Below are positions 1 through 10,080 of a stretch of 24,000 bases of DNA, piece by piece (the first letter of the stretch is position 1; the number at the start of each line of letters is the position of its first letter). The notes beneath the pieces are model-generated. The model was given only the letters and a program-made list of their open reading frames with translations, made no database searches and had not been told where the DNA came from. Position numbers and translations under genes: made by a program. The stretch is from Nitrospirillum sp. BR 11164 (lineage in GTDB: Bacteria; Pseudomonadota; Alphaproteobacteria; Azospirillales; Azospirillaceae), in the NCBI RefSeq assembly GCF_034653275.1, contig NZ_JAYEES010000004.1, positions 592,414 through 616,413 on the forward strand, in the 5' to 3' direction.

Positions 1-695
1 AGGGATCGCCGGCGCCGGGGTATTCCACCGGTCAGGCCATCGCCGCCGTGCAGCAACTGGCGCAGCAGCGCCTGCCGGACGGCTTCGCCATCGAATGGAC
101 GGAACTGACCTTCCAGCAGATCATCGCCGGCAACACCGCCCCCATCGCCTTCGGCCTGGCCGTGGTGTTCGTCTACCTGCTGCTGGCCGCCCTGTATGAA
201 AGCTGGATGCTGCCGCTGTCGGTTATCCTGATCGTGCCCATGTGCCTGCTCACCGCCATCTCCGGCGTCAATCTGCGGGGCATGGACAACAACATCCTGA
301 CCCAGATCGGCCTGGTGGTGCTGGTGGGCCTGGCGGCCAAGAACGCCATCCTGATCGTGGAGTTCGCGAAGCAGGACGAGGAGGAGGGGATGGACCGGTT
401 CCAGGCGGCGGTGCGCGCGGCCCGCACCCGCCTGCGCCCCATCCTCATGACCTCCTTCGCCTTCATCCTGGGCGTGGTGCCGCTGGTGAACGCCTCGGGC
501 GCCGGGTCGGAGATGCGGCAGGCCTTGGGTACCGCCGTCTTCTTCGGCATGCTGGGCGTCACCTTCTTCGGCCTGCTGTTCACGCCGGTGTTCTACGTCG
601 TCTGCCGCTGGCTGGCGATATGGGGCCAGCGGCGCTTCGGCAAGCGGGAGGAGACACCCCCGCACGCCGGGTCACCCGGTCACCACACGGCCTGA
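1..695 (+). CDS. RND (AcrB/MexB, HAE1-type) efflux pump inner-membrane permease, C-terminal fragment; the gene starts upstream of the window
   Basis: Frame 3 is open from base 3 (GSPAPGYSTGQAIAAVQQLA...). The translation shows the last TM bundle with typical RND strings (LVVLVGLAAKNAILIVEFAKQ, RLRPILMTSFAFILGVVPL). Stop TGA at 693-695, followed directly by an outer-membrane-factor gene. Confidence 0.9.
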   Translation, partial: GSPAPGYSTGQAIAAVQQLAQQRLPDGFAIEWTELTFQQIIAGNTAPIAFGLAVVFVYLLLAALYESWMLPLSVILIVPMCLLTAISGVNLRGMDNNILTQIGLVVLVGLAAKNAILIVEFAKQDEEEGMDRFQAAVRAARTRLRPILMTSFAFILGVVPLVNASGAGSEMRQALGTAVFFGMLGVTFFGLLFTPVFYVVCRWLAIWGQRRFGKREETPPHAGSPGHHTA

Positions 696-715
696 TGGGG
701 AAGGGGGATCAGTCC

Positions 716-2188
716 ATGCGCACCTATCGCACCCTGTTGGCCCTGTCGGTCTGCCTGCTGCCGCTGGCCGGCTGCATCACCGTGGGGCCCGATTACCAGG
801 CGCCGGCCAGCCCGGCCGCCGCCGGCACCTCTTTCACCCGCGCGGGCGCCGCACCCACCAGCGCCGCGATCAAGGCGGCCGACATGCTGAAGGCGGAAGA
901 ACCGCTGGAGGAATGGTGGCGCCAGCTGGGCGACCCGGTGCTGGACCAGCTGGTGGCCGACGCCGTCAAGGCCAACCTGGACCTTAAGGCGGCCGACGCC
1001 GCCGTGCGCGCCGCCCGGGCGGAAGCGGAGGCGGTGGGCGCCCGCAACCTGCCGTCCTTGGGCGCCAGCGCCAGCTACAGCCGGGCCCGCGCCGCCGCGG
1101 CCACGCAGCAGGGCCAGCCCAACGCGCAATTGCCCGACAGCAACGTCACCACCGCCGGCGGCAGCCTGTCGTGGGAGATCGATCTGTTCGGCCAGGTGCG
1201 GCGGGCCATCGAGGCGGCGGAGGCCGACAGCGCGCGGGCGGAGGCGCTGCGCCACCAGGTGCTGACCGTCATCATCGCCGACGTGGCCAGCACCTATGTC
1301 GACCTGCGCGGCGCCCAACTGCGCCTGTCGGTCGCCCTGCGCAACGCGGAGAACCAGCGCGGCACCTTCGACCTGACCCACACCCTCAGCGACGCCGGTC
1401 GGGGGACGGACCTGGACATCGCCCGCGCCCAGGCGCAGCTGGAAACCACCCTGGCCTCCATCCCGCCCCTGCGCGCCACGGTGGCGGCGGATGAGCACAT
1501 CCTGGCCACCCTGACGGGGCGGGAACCGGGGGCGCTGCTGAGCCTGCTGGACACGCCGGCGCCCTTGCCCGACCTGCCGGACAGCGTGGCCGTCGGCACG
1601 CCCGCCACCCTGCTCGGCCGCCGGGCCGACGTGGCGGCGGCGGAACGGGCCCTGGCGGCGGCCACGGCCCGCATCGGCGTCGCCACCGCCGACCTCTACC
1701 CCAAGATATCGCTCACCGGGTCGGTGGGGGTGCAGGCCTTGCAGCCGGGGGACCTGGGGGCGCGCGGCGCCTTCACCTACGGCATCGGGCCCAGCGTCAG
1801 CCTGCCGCTGTTCGACGCCGCCCTCTATGCCCGCATCCGCGAGGCCAACGCCAACACCGACCAGGCGGCGGCCAACTTCCAGAAGGCGGTGCTGACCGCG
1901 TGGCAGGAGGCGGAGACGGCGCTGGCCCGCTATGCCCAGGAGCGGTCGCGGCGCGCCTCGCTGGACACCGCCGCCACCGCCAGCACCCGCGCCGCCAGCC
2001 TGGCGGCCACGCGCTACCGCTATGGCGCCGACAATTTCCTGACCGTGCTGGACGCCCAGCGTACCCAGCTAGAGGCGGAGGACCAACTGGCCCAGAGCCG
2101 CATCCAGGTGGCGCAGGACCTGGTGGCGACCTACCGGGCGCTGGGCGGCGGCTGGACCATCGCGAAGGACGTGGCGGACGCCCGGTAA
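716..2188 (+). CDS. Efflux outer-membrane factor lipoprotein, NodT/OprM family
   Basis: Real start is inside ORF 242..2188. ATG 716 is preceded by AAGGGGGA (701-708). An alternative ATG at 695 overlaps the RND stop as ATGA. Lipoprotein signal MRTYRTLLALSVCLLPLAGC (lipobox LAGC). The body shows the two-repeat alpha-helical/beta-barrel OMF pattern (SWEIDLFGQVRR, ADLYPKISLTG, YRALGGGW). Confidence 0.9.
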   Translation: MRTYRTLLALSVCLLPLAGCITVGPDYQAPASPAAAGTSFTRAGAAPTSAAIKAADMLKAEEPLEEWWRQLGDPVLDQLVADAVKANLDLKAADAAVRAARAEAEAVGARNLPSLGASASYSRARAAAATQQGQPNAQLPDSNVTTAGGSLSWEIDLFGQVRRAIEAAEADSARAEALRHQVLTVIIADVASTYVDLRGAQLRLSVALRNAENQRGTFDLTHTLSDAGRGTDLDIARAQAQLETTLASIPPLRATVAADEHILATLTGREPGALLSLLDTPAPLPDLPDSVAVGTPATLLGRRADVAAAERALAAATARIGVATADLYPKISLTGSVGVQALQPGDLGARGAFTYGIGPSVSLPLFDAALYARIREANANTDQAAANFQKAVLTAWQEAETALARYAQERSRRASLDTAATASTRAASLAATRYRYGADNFLTVLDAQRTQLEAEDQLAQSRIQVAQDLVATYRALGGGWTIAKDVADAR

Positions 2189-2194
2189 AGGGTC

Positions 2195-2737
2195 TTAACC
2201 CCCCGCCGCGAACAGGTCGCCCGTGACCGGCGCGCGGCGGGCCGGGCGGCGTCCTTCCAGGGTCAGCAGGTAATCCTTGGCCTCCAGCCCGCCGGCGAAG
2301 CCGGTCAGGGTGCCGTCCATGCCCACCACCCGGTGGCAGGGTGCGATGATGGAGATGGGGTTGCGCCCGTTGGCGGCCCCCACCGCCCGCACCGCCGCGG
2401 GATTGCCGATCTGCCGGGCGATGTCGCTGTAGCTGCGCACCTCGCCATAAGGGATGGTCAGCAGCGCCCGCCACACCTGCTTCTGGAAATCCGTGCCGGT
2501 GAAGGACAGCGGCACGTCGAACGCCGTCAGCTCCTTGCCGAAGTAGGCCCGCAGCTGCCGTTCCGTCTCCCGCAACACCGGATGGTCGGGCTTGGGAACC
2601 AGTGGACCCAGCCGCACCCGGCCCGGCCTGTCATTCTCCCACAGGATGGCTGCCAGACCGTCGTCGCCGGCCACCAGGGTCAGTCGGCCGATGGGGGAGG
2701 GCAGGTGCCTGAACGCAAACGTGGCGGTGCCGGTCAT
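2195..2737 (-). CDS. ogt: Methylated-DNA--protein-cysteine S-methyltransferase (O6-alkylguanine repair)
   Basis: 180 aa with the active-site motif IIAPCHRVV plus the YGEVRSYSDIARQIGNPAAVRAVGAANGRNP helix-turn-wing region. GAGGAG lies 9 nt upstream of ATG 2737. Convergent with the OMF gene, 6-bp gap. Confidence 0.9.
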   Translation of the reverse strand: MTGTATFAFRHLPSPIGRLTLVAGDDGLAAILWENDRPGRVRLGPLVPKPDHPVLRETERQLRAYFGKELTAFDVPLSFTGTDFQKQVWRALLTIPYGEVRSYSDIARQIGNPAAVRAVGAANGRNPISIIAPCHRVVGMDGTLTGFAGGLEAKDYLLTLEGRRPARRAPVTGDLFAAGG

Positions 2738-3003
2738 GGCGGCAAGCTCCTCATCCGGGGAAGCCGGTAGGGTGGCAAAACGTCAGGCCCTAGGGCAAGG
2801 GCGGCCATCACAGGCCCGGGCCCTTGGCCCCGCGCCGGTTTGACGGCCGTTATCGTTATTCCCAATTAAATATAGCGCGTTTAAGGCCCCGTGCTTCAGG
2901 TGGTGGATATGGAAAACCTCTGGTTGGGTAATAAACTTTGCGCATGACGCAACCATTTTTCTGAATTTAGTTAATGAGAACCGTTATCAATAGGGTCGTC
3001 TTC

Positions 3004-3029
3004 ATTCGCCGCCCGAGAAATTCGCCGCC
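3004..3029. repeat. Perfect 10-bp direct repeat ATTCGCCGCC x2 (3004-3013, 3020-3029; 16-bp period) abutting the putative fdn -35 box; function unknown
   Basis: Read directly: tcATTCGCCGCCcgagaaATTCGCCGCCaataacTTGACG. Confidence 0.8.
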
Positions 3030-3035
3030 AATAAC

Positions 3036-3063
3036 TTGACGGCTTGCGGCCGCGTCTTATGAT
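3036..3063 (+). promoter_or_regulatory. Putative sigma70-type promoter of the fdn operon
   Basis: TTGACG (3036-3041), 16-nt spacer, TATGAT (3058-3063). This would give a leader of about 80 nt before ATG 3151, with GGGAG at 3136-3140. Sequence match only, no TSS data. Confidence 0.4.
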
Positions 3064-3150
3064 GCGGGTATCCGTCTGCCGGCGTCTGCTTGCCCTTTCC
3101 GGGCGGTTTGGCCTTCCGGTGGGTTCGATTTTCACGGGAGCGTGTGAGAC

Positions 3151-6100
3151 ATGGATCTCAGTCGTCGCGGCTTTATCAAGCTGACCGGCGCGGGACTGGC
3201 GGTCTCCAGCATGGGCGCGCTGGGCTTCGGCTCGGCGGGCACGGCGCTGGCGGCCTCGGTCCGGCCCTTCAGGTTGACCGCCGCCACCGAAACCCGCAAC
3301 ACCTGCACCTATTGCTCGGTGGCCTGCGGCATCCTCATCTACAGCCAGGGCGATCGCGCGAAGAACGTGAAGTCCTCGGTCATCCATATCGAGGGTGATC
3401 CGGACCATCCCGTGAACCGCGGCACCCTGTGCCCCAAGGGCGCCGGCCTGCTGGACATCGTGCGGGCGCCGGGCCGCCTGACGGTGCCGAAGTATCGCGC
3501 CGCCGGTGCCACGGAGTGGAAGGAGGTCAGCTGGGATTTCGCCCTGGACCGTATCGCCACCCTGATGAAGCAGGACCGCGACGCCAACTTCATCGCCAAG
3601 AACGGCGCCGGCGCCACGGTGAACCGCTGGAACACCACGGGCATGCTGGCGGCCTCGGCGGCCTCGAACGAGGCGGCCTATGTGACCTTCAAGTGGGCCC
3701 GCGCGTTGGGCATGGTGACGTTCGACAACCAGGCGCGTGTCTGACACGGACCGACGGTGGCCAGTTTGGCCCCAACATTCGGTCGCGGTGCGATGACCAA
3801 CACCTGGCAGGACATCAAGAACGCCAACGTCGTCATCGTCATGGGCGGCAATGCCGCCGAAGCGCACCCCTGCGGATTCAAATGGGTGGTCGAGGCCAAG
3901 ATCGAGAACAAGGCCAAGCTCATCGTCGTTGATCCGCGTTTCACCCGCACGGCCTCCGTGGCGGACGTCTATGCCCCCATCCGGCCGGGCACCGACATCG
4001 CTTTCCTCAGCGGGCTCATGCGCTATCTGCTGACGAACGATGCCATCCAGCACGAGTATGTGCGGGCGTACACCAACGCCAGCCTGATCGTGAAGGACGG
4101 CTTCGCCTTCGAGGATGGCCTGTTCAGCGGCTATAACGAGGAAAAGCGCAACTACGACAAGTCCAGCTGGGACTATGAGCTGGATGAGCAAGGCTTTGCC
4201 AAGGTGGACGATACCTGGCAGAACCCGCGCTGCGTCATCAACCTGCTGAAGCAGCACATCGACCGGTACACGCCCGAGATGGTGTCCCGCATCTGCGGCA
4301 CGCCCCAGGACAAGTACCTGGAGATCTGCAAGCTGATCGCCACCACCTCGGCACCGGACAAGGCCCTGACCAGCCTGTTCGCGCTGGGTTGGACGCAGCA
4401 TTCGGTGGGCGCGCAGAACATTCGCGCCATGGCCATGGTGCAGCTGCTGCTGGGCAACATCGGCGTGGCCGGCGGCGGCATGAACGCCCTGCGCGGTCAT
4501 TCCAACATCCAGGGTCTGACCGACATCGGCCTGCTCTCGGCGTCGCTGCCGGGCTACATGAACATGCCGAAGGACAGTGAAGTCACCTTCGACAAGTACA
4601 TGGAGACCAAGCTGTTCAAGCCCCTGCGCCCGGGGCAGACCAGTTATTGGCAGAACTACCGCAAGTTCTTCGTCAGCTTCCAGAAGGCCATGTTCGGCAG
4701 CGCCGCCACGGCCGAGAACAACTGGGCCTACGACTGGCTGCCCAAGCTGGACGTGGACGGCTACGACGTGCTGCGCGCGTTCGAGATGATGAACAACAAG
4801 CAGATGAACGGTTACATCTGCCAGGGCTTCAACCCCATGCAGGCCTTCCCCGACCGGGGCAAGATCCGCCGGGGCCTGTCGAACCTGAAGTACCTCGTCG
4901 TCATGGACCCGCTGGATACCGAGACGGCCAATTTCTGGCAGGACTACGGTCCGCAGAACCCGTCCAAGCCGACGGAGATCCAGACCGAGGTGTTCCAGCT
5001 GCCCACCACCTGCTTCGCGGAGGAGAACGGCACGCTGGTCAACTCCGCCCGCTGGCTGCAGTGGCACTGGAAGGCGGCCGATGCCCCCGGCCAGGCCAAG
5101 ACCGACCTGTGGATCATCGCCGGCCTCTACAACCGCATGAAGGCGATGTACGCCAAGGACGGCGGGGCCTTCCCCGACGCGCTGCTGAACCTCACCTGGA
5201 ACTACGCCGACCCGCATGAGCCGGAGCCGGAGGAAGTGGCCAAGGAGATGAACGGCCGCGCGCTGGCGGACGTCAACGACCCGGCCACGGGCGCCCCGCT
5301 GTTGAAGGCGGGACAGCAGCTTGACGCCTTCGCCCAGCTGCGCGACGACGGCACCACCATGTCGGGCTGCTGGATCTTCGCCGGCAGCTTCACCGACAAG
5401 GGCAACATGACGGCCCGCCGCGACGCGACCGACCCGCGTGAGGCGGGCATCGCCCCCAACTGGGCCTGGGCGTGGCCGGCCAACCGGCGCATCCTGTACA
5501 ATCGTGCAAGTGCAAATCCGGACGGCAAGGCGTGGAACCCGGCCAAGCCCGTCATCGAGTGGAACGGGTCCAAGTGGGTGGGCGTGGACGTGCCCGACTA
5601 CGGCCCGACGGTGAAGCCGTCGGACAGCGTGGGCCCGTTCATTATGAACCAGGAGGGCCAGGCCCGCCTGTTCGCCCGCGGTCTCATGGTCGAGGGGCCG
5701 TTCCCCGAGCACTACGAGCCGTTCGAAAGCCCGTCGGAAAACGTGCTGCACCCCAAGGTGAAGTCCAACCCGGCCGCCCGTGTGTTCGCCAGCGACAAGG
5801 CGCACATGGGCGCGTCGGCCGACTTCCCCTATGTCGGCACCACCTACCGCCTGACCGAGCACTTCCACTATTGGACCAAGCATTCGCTGATCAACGCCAT
5901 CCTCCAGCCGGAGGAGTTCGTGGAGATCGGCGAGGCCCTGGCCAAGGAGAAGGGCATTGAGCAGGGCGGCTGGGTCAAGGTGTCGTCCAAGCGCGGCCAG
6001 GTGATCTGCAAGGCATTCGTCACCAAGCGCATCAAGCCGCTGATGGTGGACGGCAAGCCGACCCACGTCATCGGCTGCCCCATCCACTGGGGCTTCACCG

Positions 6101-6294
6101 GCGTGGCGCGCAAGGGCTATGGCGCCAACACCCTGACGCCGTTCGTGGGTGACGCCAACACCAACACGCCGGAGTTCAAGGCCTTCCTGCTCAACATCGA
6201 GAAGACCAGCGCGCCCCCCGCGGTGGACGTGGCCCAGGGGCCGCGTGACGCCCAAGGGGTGCCGAAGTCGCTCACCAAGGTGGGGAGCCTGTGA
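3151..6294 (+). CDS. fdnG: Formate dehydrogenase-N/O alpha (catalytic molybdopterin) subunit, selenocysteine-containing, Tat-exported; 1047 aa with Sec at codon 198
   Basis: ORFs 3151..3744 and 3757..6294 are in the same frame, separated only by TGA 3742-3744. The junction reads [27 protein letters not shown], the conserved Sec active-site context of FdnG/FdoG. Twin-arginine signal [35 protein letters not shown]-terminal Fe-S Cys motif CTYCSVAC..C. Followed by fdnH/fdnI/fdhE. Confidence 0.95.
3742..3784 (+). promoter_or_regulatory. UGA(Sec) recoding site plus SECIS-like stem-loop
   Basis: TGA at 3742-3744. Downstream hairpin: lower stem GACCGA (3749-3754) pairs with UCGGUC (3779-3784); upper stem GGCC (3759-3762) pairs with GGCC (3768-3771); apical loop AGUUU (3763-3767) contains the G-U dinucleotide expected in bacterial SECIS loops. 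Folded by eye only. Confidence 0.75.
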
Positions 6295-7247
6295 TGGCCG
6301 ACCTGCAATCCCAAGACTACATCCGCCGGTCGGCCACCAACCTGACGCCGCCCTCGGCGCGCCACCATGAGCTTGAGGTGGCCAAGCTGATCGACGTCAG
6401 CCGCTGCATCGGCTGCAAGGCCTGCCAGTCCGCCTGCATGGAATGGAACAACCTGCGGCCGGAGATGGAGGAGTTCCAGGGCGCCTACGAGAATCCGCAC
6501 GACCTCAACCCCGGCACCTGGACCCTGATGCGGTTCGCCGAGTACGAGGACGAGCAGGGGAACCTGGAGTGGCTGATCCGCAAGGACGGCTGCATGCACT
6601 GCGAGGATCCAGGCTGCCTCAAGGCCTGCCCGGCCCCCGGCGCCATCGTCCAGTACGCCAACGGCATCGTCGACTTCATCAGCGAGAACTGCATCGGCTG
6701 CGGCTATTGCGTGAAGGGCTGTCCCTTCAACATCCCGCGCATCAGCGCCCAGGACCACAAGTCGTACAAGTGCACCTTGTGCTCCGACCGCGTGGGCGTG
6801 GGGCTGGAGCCGGCCTGCGTGAAGACCTGCCCCACCGGCGCCATCATGTTCGGCTCCAAGGACGACATGAAGGACTGGGCGGGGGAGCGCATCGCCGAGC
6901 TGAAGGAACGCGGCTTCCAGAACGCCGGCCTTTATGACCCGCCGGAGGTGGGCGGCACCCACGTCATGTACGTGCTGCACCACGCCGACAAGCCCTCGCT
7001 CTACTCCGGCCTGCCGGACAAGCCCCACATCAGCGCGCTGGTGGGGGCGTGGAAGGGCTTCCTGAAGCCGGTGGCGCTGGCGGGCCTGGCCTTCGCCGCC
7101 GTCAGCGCCTTCGTCCATTCCATCGTCGCCGGTCCCAACGAGACGACGGAGGCGGATGAGGCCCACGCGCGGGCGGAGATGGAGAAGGCCAAGCGAGACG
7201 GGGCCAAGGGAGAAGGCGCCACGGGGGAAGGGAGTGCGACGTCATGA
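6294..7247 (+). CDS. fdnH: Formate dehydrogenase beta (4x[4Fe-4S] ferredoxin-type) subunit with C-terminal membrane anchor
   Basis: ATG 6294 overlaps the fdnG stop (TGATG), with AAGGTGGGGAG upstream; GTG 6291 is an alternative start. Four Cys clusters ([48 protein letters not shown]). Hydrophobic helix [23 protein letters not shown], then a charged tail. Confidence 0.92.
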   Translation: MADLQSQDYIRRSATNLTPPSARHHELEVAKLIDVSRCIGCKACQSACMEWNNLRPEMEEFQGAYENPHDLNPGTWTLMRFAEYEDEQGNLEWLIRKDGCMHCEDPGCLKACPAPGAIVQYANGIVDFISENCIGCGYCVKGCPFNIPRISAQDHKSYKCTLCSDRVGVGLEPACVKTCPTGAIMFGSKDDMKDWAGERIAELKERGFQNAGLYDPPEVGGTHVMYVLHHADKPSLYSGLPDKPHISALVGAWKGFLKPVALAGLAFAAVSAFVHSIVAGPNETTEADEAHARAEMEKAKRDGAKGEGATGEGSATS

Positions 7248-7918
7248 GCTATCCCAAGGGAACCATCGTCCGTAATTCCACCCTGACCCGGGTGAACCAC
7301 TGGATCACCGGCCTCTGCTTCGTGCTGCTGACCCTGTCGGGCCTGGCCATGTTCCACCCCGTGTTCTTCTGGCTGTCGAACCTGTTCGGCAGCGGCCAGT
7401 GGATGCGGGCGGTCCACCCCTGGCTGGGCGTGTGCCTGCTGGTCAGCTTCCTGGGCCTGTTCATCCAGTTCTGGCGGGACAATTTGTGGAACCGCGACGA
7501 CCTGGAATGGGCCAAGTCGCTGGACAAGGTGCTGGACAACCGGGAGGAGGAGGTGCCGCCCGTCGGCCGCTTCAACGCCGGCCAGAAGGCGGTGTTCTGG
7601 GGCATGGCCCTGATCATCCCGGTGCTGTTCGTCACCGGCATCCTGATCTGGGAGGTCTATTTCGGTGGCGCCACCTCCATCGAGACGCAGCGCGTCGCCG
7701 TACTGATCCACAGCCTGGGCGCCATCGGCGCCATCCTGATCTGGATCACGCATGTCTACGCGGCGATCTGGGTGAAGGGGTCGATGCGGGCCATGCTGCA
7801 CGGCTGGGTCACGCCCGGCTGGGCCCACCGGCACCACCGCAAGTGGTTCCAGCGTCTGGTCGCCAGCGGCTCCCCCGGTCCGACGCCGGACAGCACGGCC
7901 AAATTCCGCGAGCACTGA
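7244..7918 (+). CDS. fdnI: Formate dehydrogenase gamma subunit (dihaem cytochrome b556)
   Basis: ATGA overlap with the fdnH stop. 224 aa with four TM helices and conserved His ([33 protein letters not shown]), as in FdnI/FdoI. Confidence 0.9.
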   Translation: MSYPKGTIVRNSTLTRVNHWITGLCFVLLTLSGLAMFHPVFFWLSNLFGSGQWMRAVHPWLGVCLLVSFLGLFIQFWRDNLWNRDDLEWAKSLDKVLDNREEEVPPVGRFNAGQKAVFWGMALIIPVLFVTGILIWEVYFGGATSIETQRVAVLIHSLGAIGAILIWITHVYAAIWVKGSMRAMLHGWVTPGWAHRHHRKWFQRLVASGSPGPTPDSTAKFREH

Positions 7919-8017
7919 GCGCCCTCAGGGCCTATGTATCAGGGGCGCGGTCCTCGTGGCCGCGCCCCGTTTCTTTCATGCCATCAGGGGGCGGCCTCGC
8001 CGCCGGGAGTACCAGTC

Positions 8018-8944
8018 ATGAGACAGGGTGAAGTGGCGCCCAAGGCGCCGTGGATCGGCAACCCGCAGGGCGGGGTGACGGCGCCGGCCCCCATTATCCT
8101 GCCCGATCCGTCCACGCGCTTCGCCCGCACCTCCGGGCGGCTGGGCGTGCTGGCGGTCGACCACCCCATGGCCCAGTGGCTGGATTTCCTGTGCGAGCTG
8201 TCGCAGGCCCAGCATGACGCGGCCGACATGATCGATGTGACCGCCCCGGACTCCGACGACGTGGCCGTCGCCACCGGCGCCGGCATGCCGCCCCTGGCCG
8301 CCGACGGCCATGAGCGCGACATCGTCTGGCGCGAGGCGCTGACCCTGATCCTGCGCCATTTCGACCGCCTGCCCGAGGTGCCGGATCTGGTGGCCTCCGT
8401 CATCGACAGCCTGAACGATGTCGACGGCGACACGCTGGAATATCTGGCCGGCGACTTCCTGGGCGGCAACGTCAGCCCGGAGGATGCCGGCCGCGCCGTC
8501 TTCATCGCCGCCGCCCTGCAGGTCTACTTCACCAAGCTGGCCGCCAGCCTGGAGGTGGATCAGGTGCACCTGCTGCCGGAACGCGGCCTGTGCCCCTGCT
8601 GCGGGTCCACCCCCGTGGCGGGCGTCATCACCGCCTCCGGCTCCACGCCCGGCGTGCGCTACCTCTACTGCTCCCTCTGCTCCACCGCCTGGAACCATGT
8701 GCGGGCGGTGTGCATCACCTGCGGCCAGTCGGCCCACCTGTCGCTGAAAAGCGTGGAGGGGGAGAATGGCGCCGTGCAGGTGGAGACCTGCGACGACTGC
8801 CACACCTACGCCAAGATGCTGTACCTGGCCAAGGACCCCAAGCTGGACCCTTATGCCGACGATTTGGCCAGCCTGGGCCTGGACCTGATGGTGGCCGAGG
8901 TCGGCTGGCTGCGCCACGCGCCCAACCCCCTGTTGCTGGCGTAG
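8018..8944 (+). CDS. fdhE: Formate dehydrogenase accessory protein FdhE
   Basis: Paired CxxC motifs (CPCCGS, CSLCSTAW, CITCGQ, CDDCHTYAKML). Start chosen at ATG 8018, with GGGAG 8 nt upstream, giving 308 aa; my recollection is that E. coli FdhE is about the same length. The 7934 start in the ORF track adds a non-conserved-looking Gly/Pro/Arg extension. Confidence 0.88.
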   Translation: MRQGEVAPKAPWIGNPQGGVTAPAPIILPDPSTRFARTSGRLGVLAVDHPMAQWLDFLCELSQAQHDAADMIDVTAPDSDDVAVATGAGMPPLAADGHERDIVWREALTLILRHFDRLPEVPDLVASVIDSLNDVDGDTLEYLAGDFLGGNVSPEDAGRAVFIAAALQVYFTKLAASLEVDQVHLLPERGLCPCCGSTPVAGVITASGSTPGVRYLYCSLCSTAWNHVRAVCITCGQSAHLSLKSVEGENGAVQVETCDDCHTYAKMLYLAKDPKLDPYADDLASLGLDLMVAEVGWLRHAPNPLLLA

Positions 8945-8946
8945 GG

Positions 8947-8983
8947 AAAAACGGCCCCGGCTGGTAAGAGCGGGGCCGTTTTC
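8947..8983. terminator. Bidirectional rho-independent terminator between convergent fdhE and the oxidoreductase gene
   Basis: gAAAAACGGCCCCG-gctggtaagag-CGGGGCCGTTTTcc. 9-bp GC-rich stem (8951-8959 / 8971-8979), flanked by an A-run on the left and a T-run on the right. Confidence 0.7.
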
Positions 8984-8984
8984 C

Positions 8985-9977
8985 TCACAGCGTCACCACC
9001 AGCTTGCCGAACTGCTGGTTCGATTCCAGGTGGCGGTGGGCCGCCACGATGTCGTCGAAGGCGAAGCTGCGGTCGATGATGGGCTTCAGCGCGCCGGATT
9101 CCAGGCCCTGGAGCACGAAGGCCTTGGCCGCCGCCAGCCGCGCGGGATCGGTGGTGATCTCGTGGATCAGGTAGCCCCGTAGCGTCAGGCTCTTGCCCAG
9201 GACGTTGAACAGGGGGAAGGGTGTGGGTTCCGGACTCAGCGCGCCATACTCGATCAGGATGCCGCCCCGGGCCATGGCGGCGGTCAACGGCGTGAAGATG
9301 GGGCCGCCGATGGGGTCGAACACCACGCGCACGCCCTCCGGCCCCGCGATCTCCGTCAGCCGCGCCTCCAGATCCTCCTCAGCGGAGGCGATGACATGGG
9401 CGGCCCCGGCGTCCAGCAGGGCCTGGCGCTTGGCCAGCGTGCGGGTGACGGCGATGGGGGTGGCGCCCACTTGGTTGGCGACCTGGATGGCGGCCAAGCC
9501 GACACTGCTGCTGGCCGCGGTGATGACGACGACATCGCCGGCCGCCAGTTTGGCCAGATCGATCAGCGCGCCATAGGCGGTGACGTATTGCATCCAGGTG
9601 GCGGCGGCCTCCTCCCAGTTGAGGGTGGGCGGGTGCTTCACCACCAGGTGCTGGGGGAAATTCGCCAGCTCGGCATAGGCTGGCCATTCGATCTGCGAGG
9701 GCGGCGGCACCACGCTGACGGCGTCGCCAACCTTGAGGCCCTCCACGCCCGCACCGATGGCGGCGACCTCGCCGGCGGCCTCGAAGCCCAGGCCGCTGGG
9801 CCAGCTTTCCGGCGTTTCGATATAGGCGCCGGTGCGCAGCATGGACTCCGCCCGGTTCAGGCCCAGCGCCCTGACGCAAATCTGCGCCTGGCCGGCGCCG
9901 GGGGGCGGCACTTCCACCTCCTCGATGCGCAGGACCTCGGGGCCGCCGTGCTCATGAAAGCGGATAACGCGTGCCAT
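8985..9977 (-). CDS. Medium-chain dehydrogenase/reductase family oxidoreductase (NADPH:quinone reductase / zeta-crystallin-like)
   Basis: 330 aa. GroES-like N-domain (GFEAAGEVAAIGAGVEGLKVGDAV), Rossmann motif ITAASSSVGLAAIQ, C-terminal FGKLVVTL. It lacks the obvious structural-zinc Cys cluster of true alcohol dehydrogenases. Confidence 0.85.
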   Translation of the reverse strand: MARVIRFHEHGGPEVLRIEEVEVPPPGAGQAQICVRALGLNRAESMLRTGAYIETPESWPSGLGFEAAGEVAAIGAGVEGLKVGDAVSVVPPPSQIEWPAYAELANFPQHLVVKHPPTLNWEEAAATWMQYVTAYGALIDLAKLAAGDVVVITAASSSVGLAAIQVANQVGATPIAVTRTLAKRQALLDAGAAHVIASAEEDLEARLTEIAGPEGVRVVFDPIGGPIFTPLTAAMARGGILIEYGALSPEPTPFPLFNVLGKSLTLRGYLIHEITTDPARLAAAKAFVLQGLESGALKPIIDRSFAFDDIVAAHRHLESNQQFGKLVVTL

Positions 9978-10080
9978 GGTCAGTCACTCCAAATCAATTG
10001 ATAGGAATGAACATGAACGCGACCGTTAGCCGGGATAAATGGGCTAGGATGCAGAACACCATGAACTGATGGTTTTCAAT

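Noticed and set aside
242-715. N-terminal 158 or so residues of ORF 242..2188
   Set aside because: This part overlaps the RND permease in another frame and is Pro/Gly/Arg-rich. The genuine lipoprotein signal peptide with lipobox starts at 716 (or 695).
2938-2952. Dyad TTGCG-CATGA-CGCAA upstream of fdn, considered as an FNR/FixK/NnrR-type box
   Set aside because: The half-sites resemble CRP/FNR-family boxes, but the spacer is 5 nt rather than the canonical 4. It also lies about 125 bp upstream of the putative TSS rather than near -41.5. Not enough to call.
2971-6255. 1094-aa minus-strand ORF, the longest in the track
   Set aside because: It is antisense to the confidently identified fdnG. 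The translation is a low-complexity Gly/Arg/Ala/Val/His run with no recognisable motifs. Long stop-free antisense frames are expected at this GC content.
7934-8017. Upstream start for fdhE (MYQGRGPRGRAPF...)
   Set aside because: There is no SD and the extension looks non-conserved. ATG 8018 has GGGAG at good spacing and gives the expected FdhE length.
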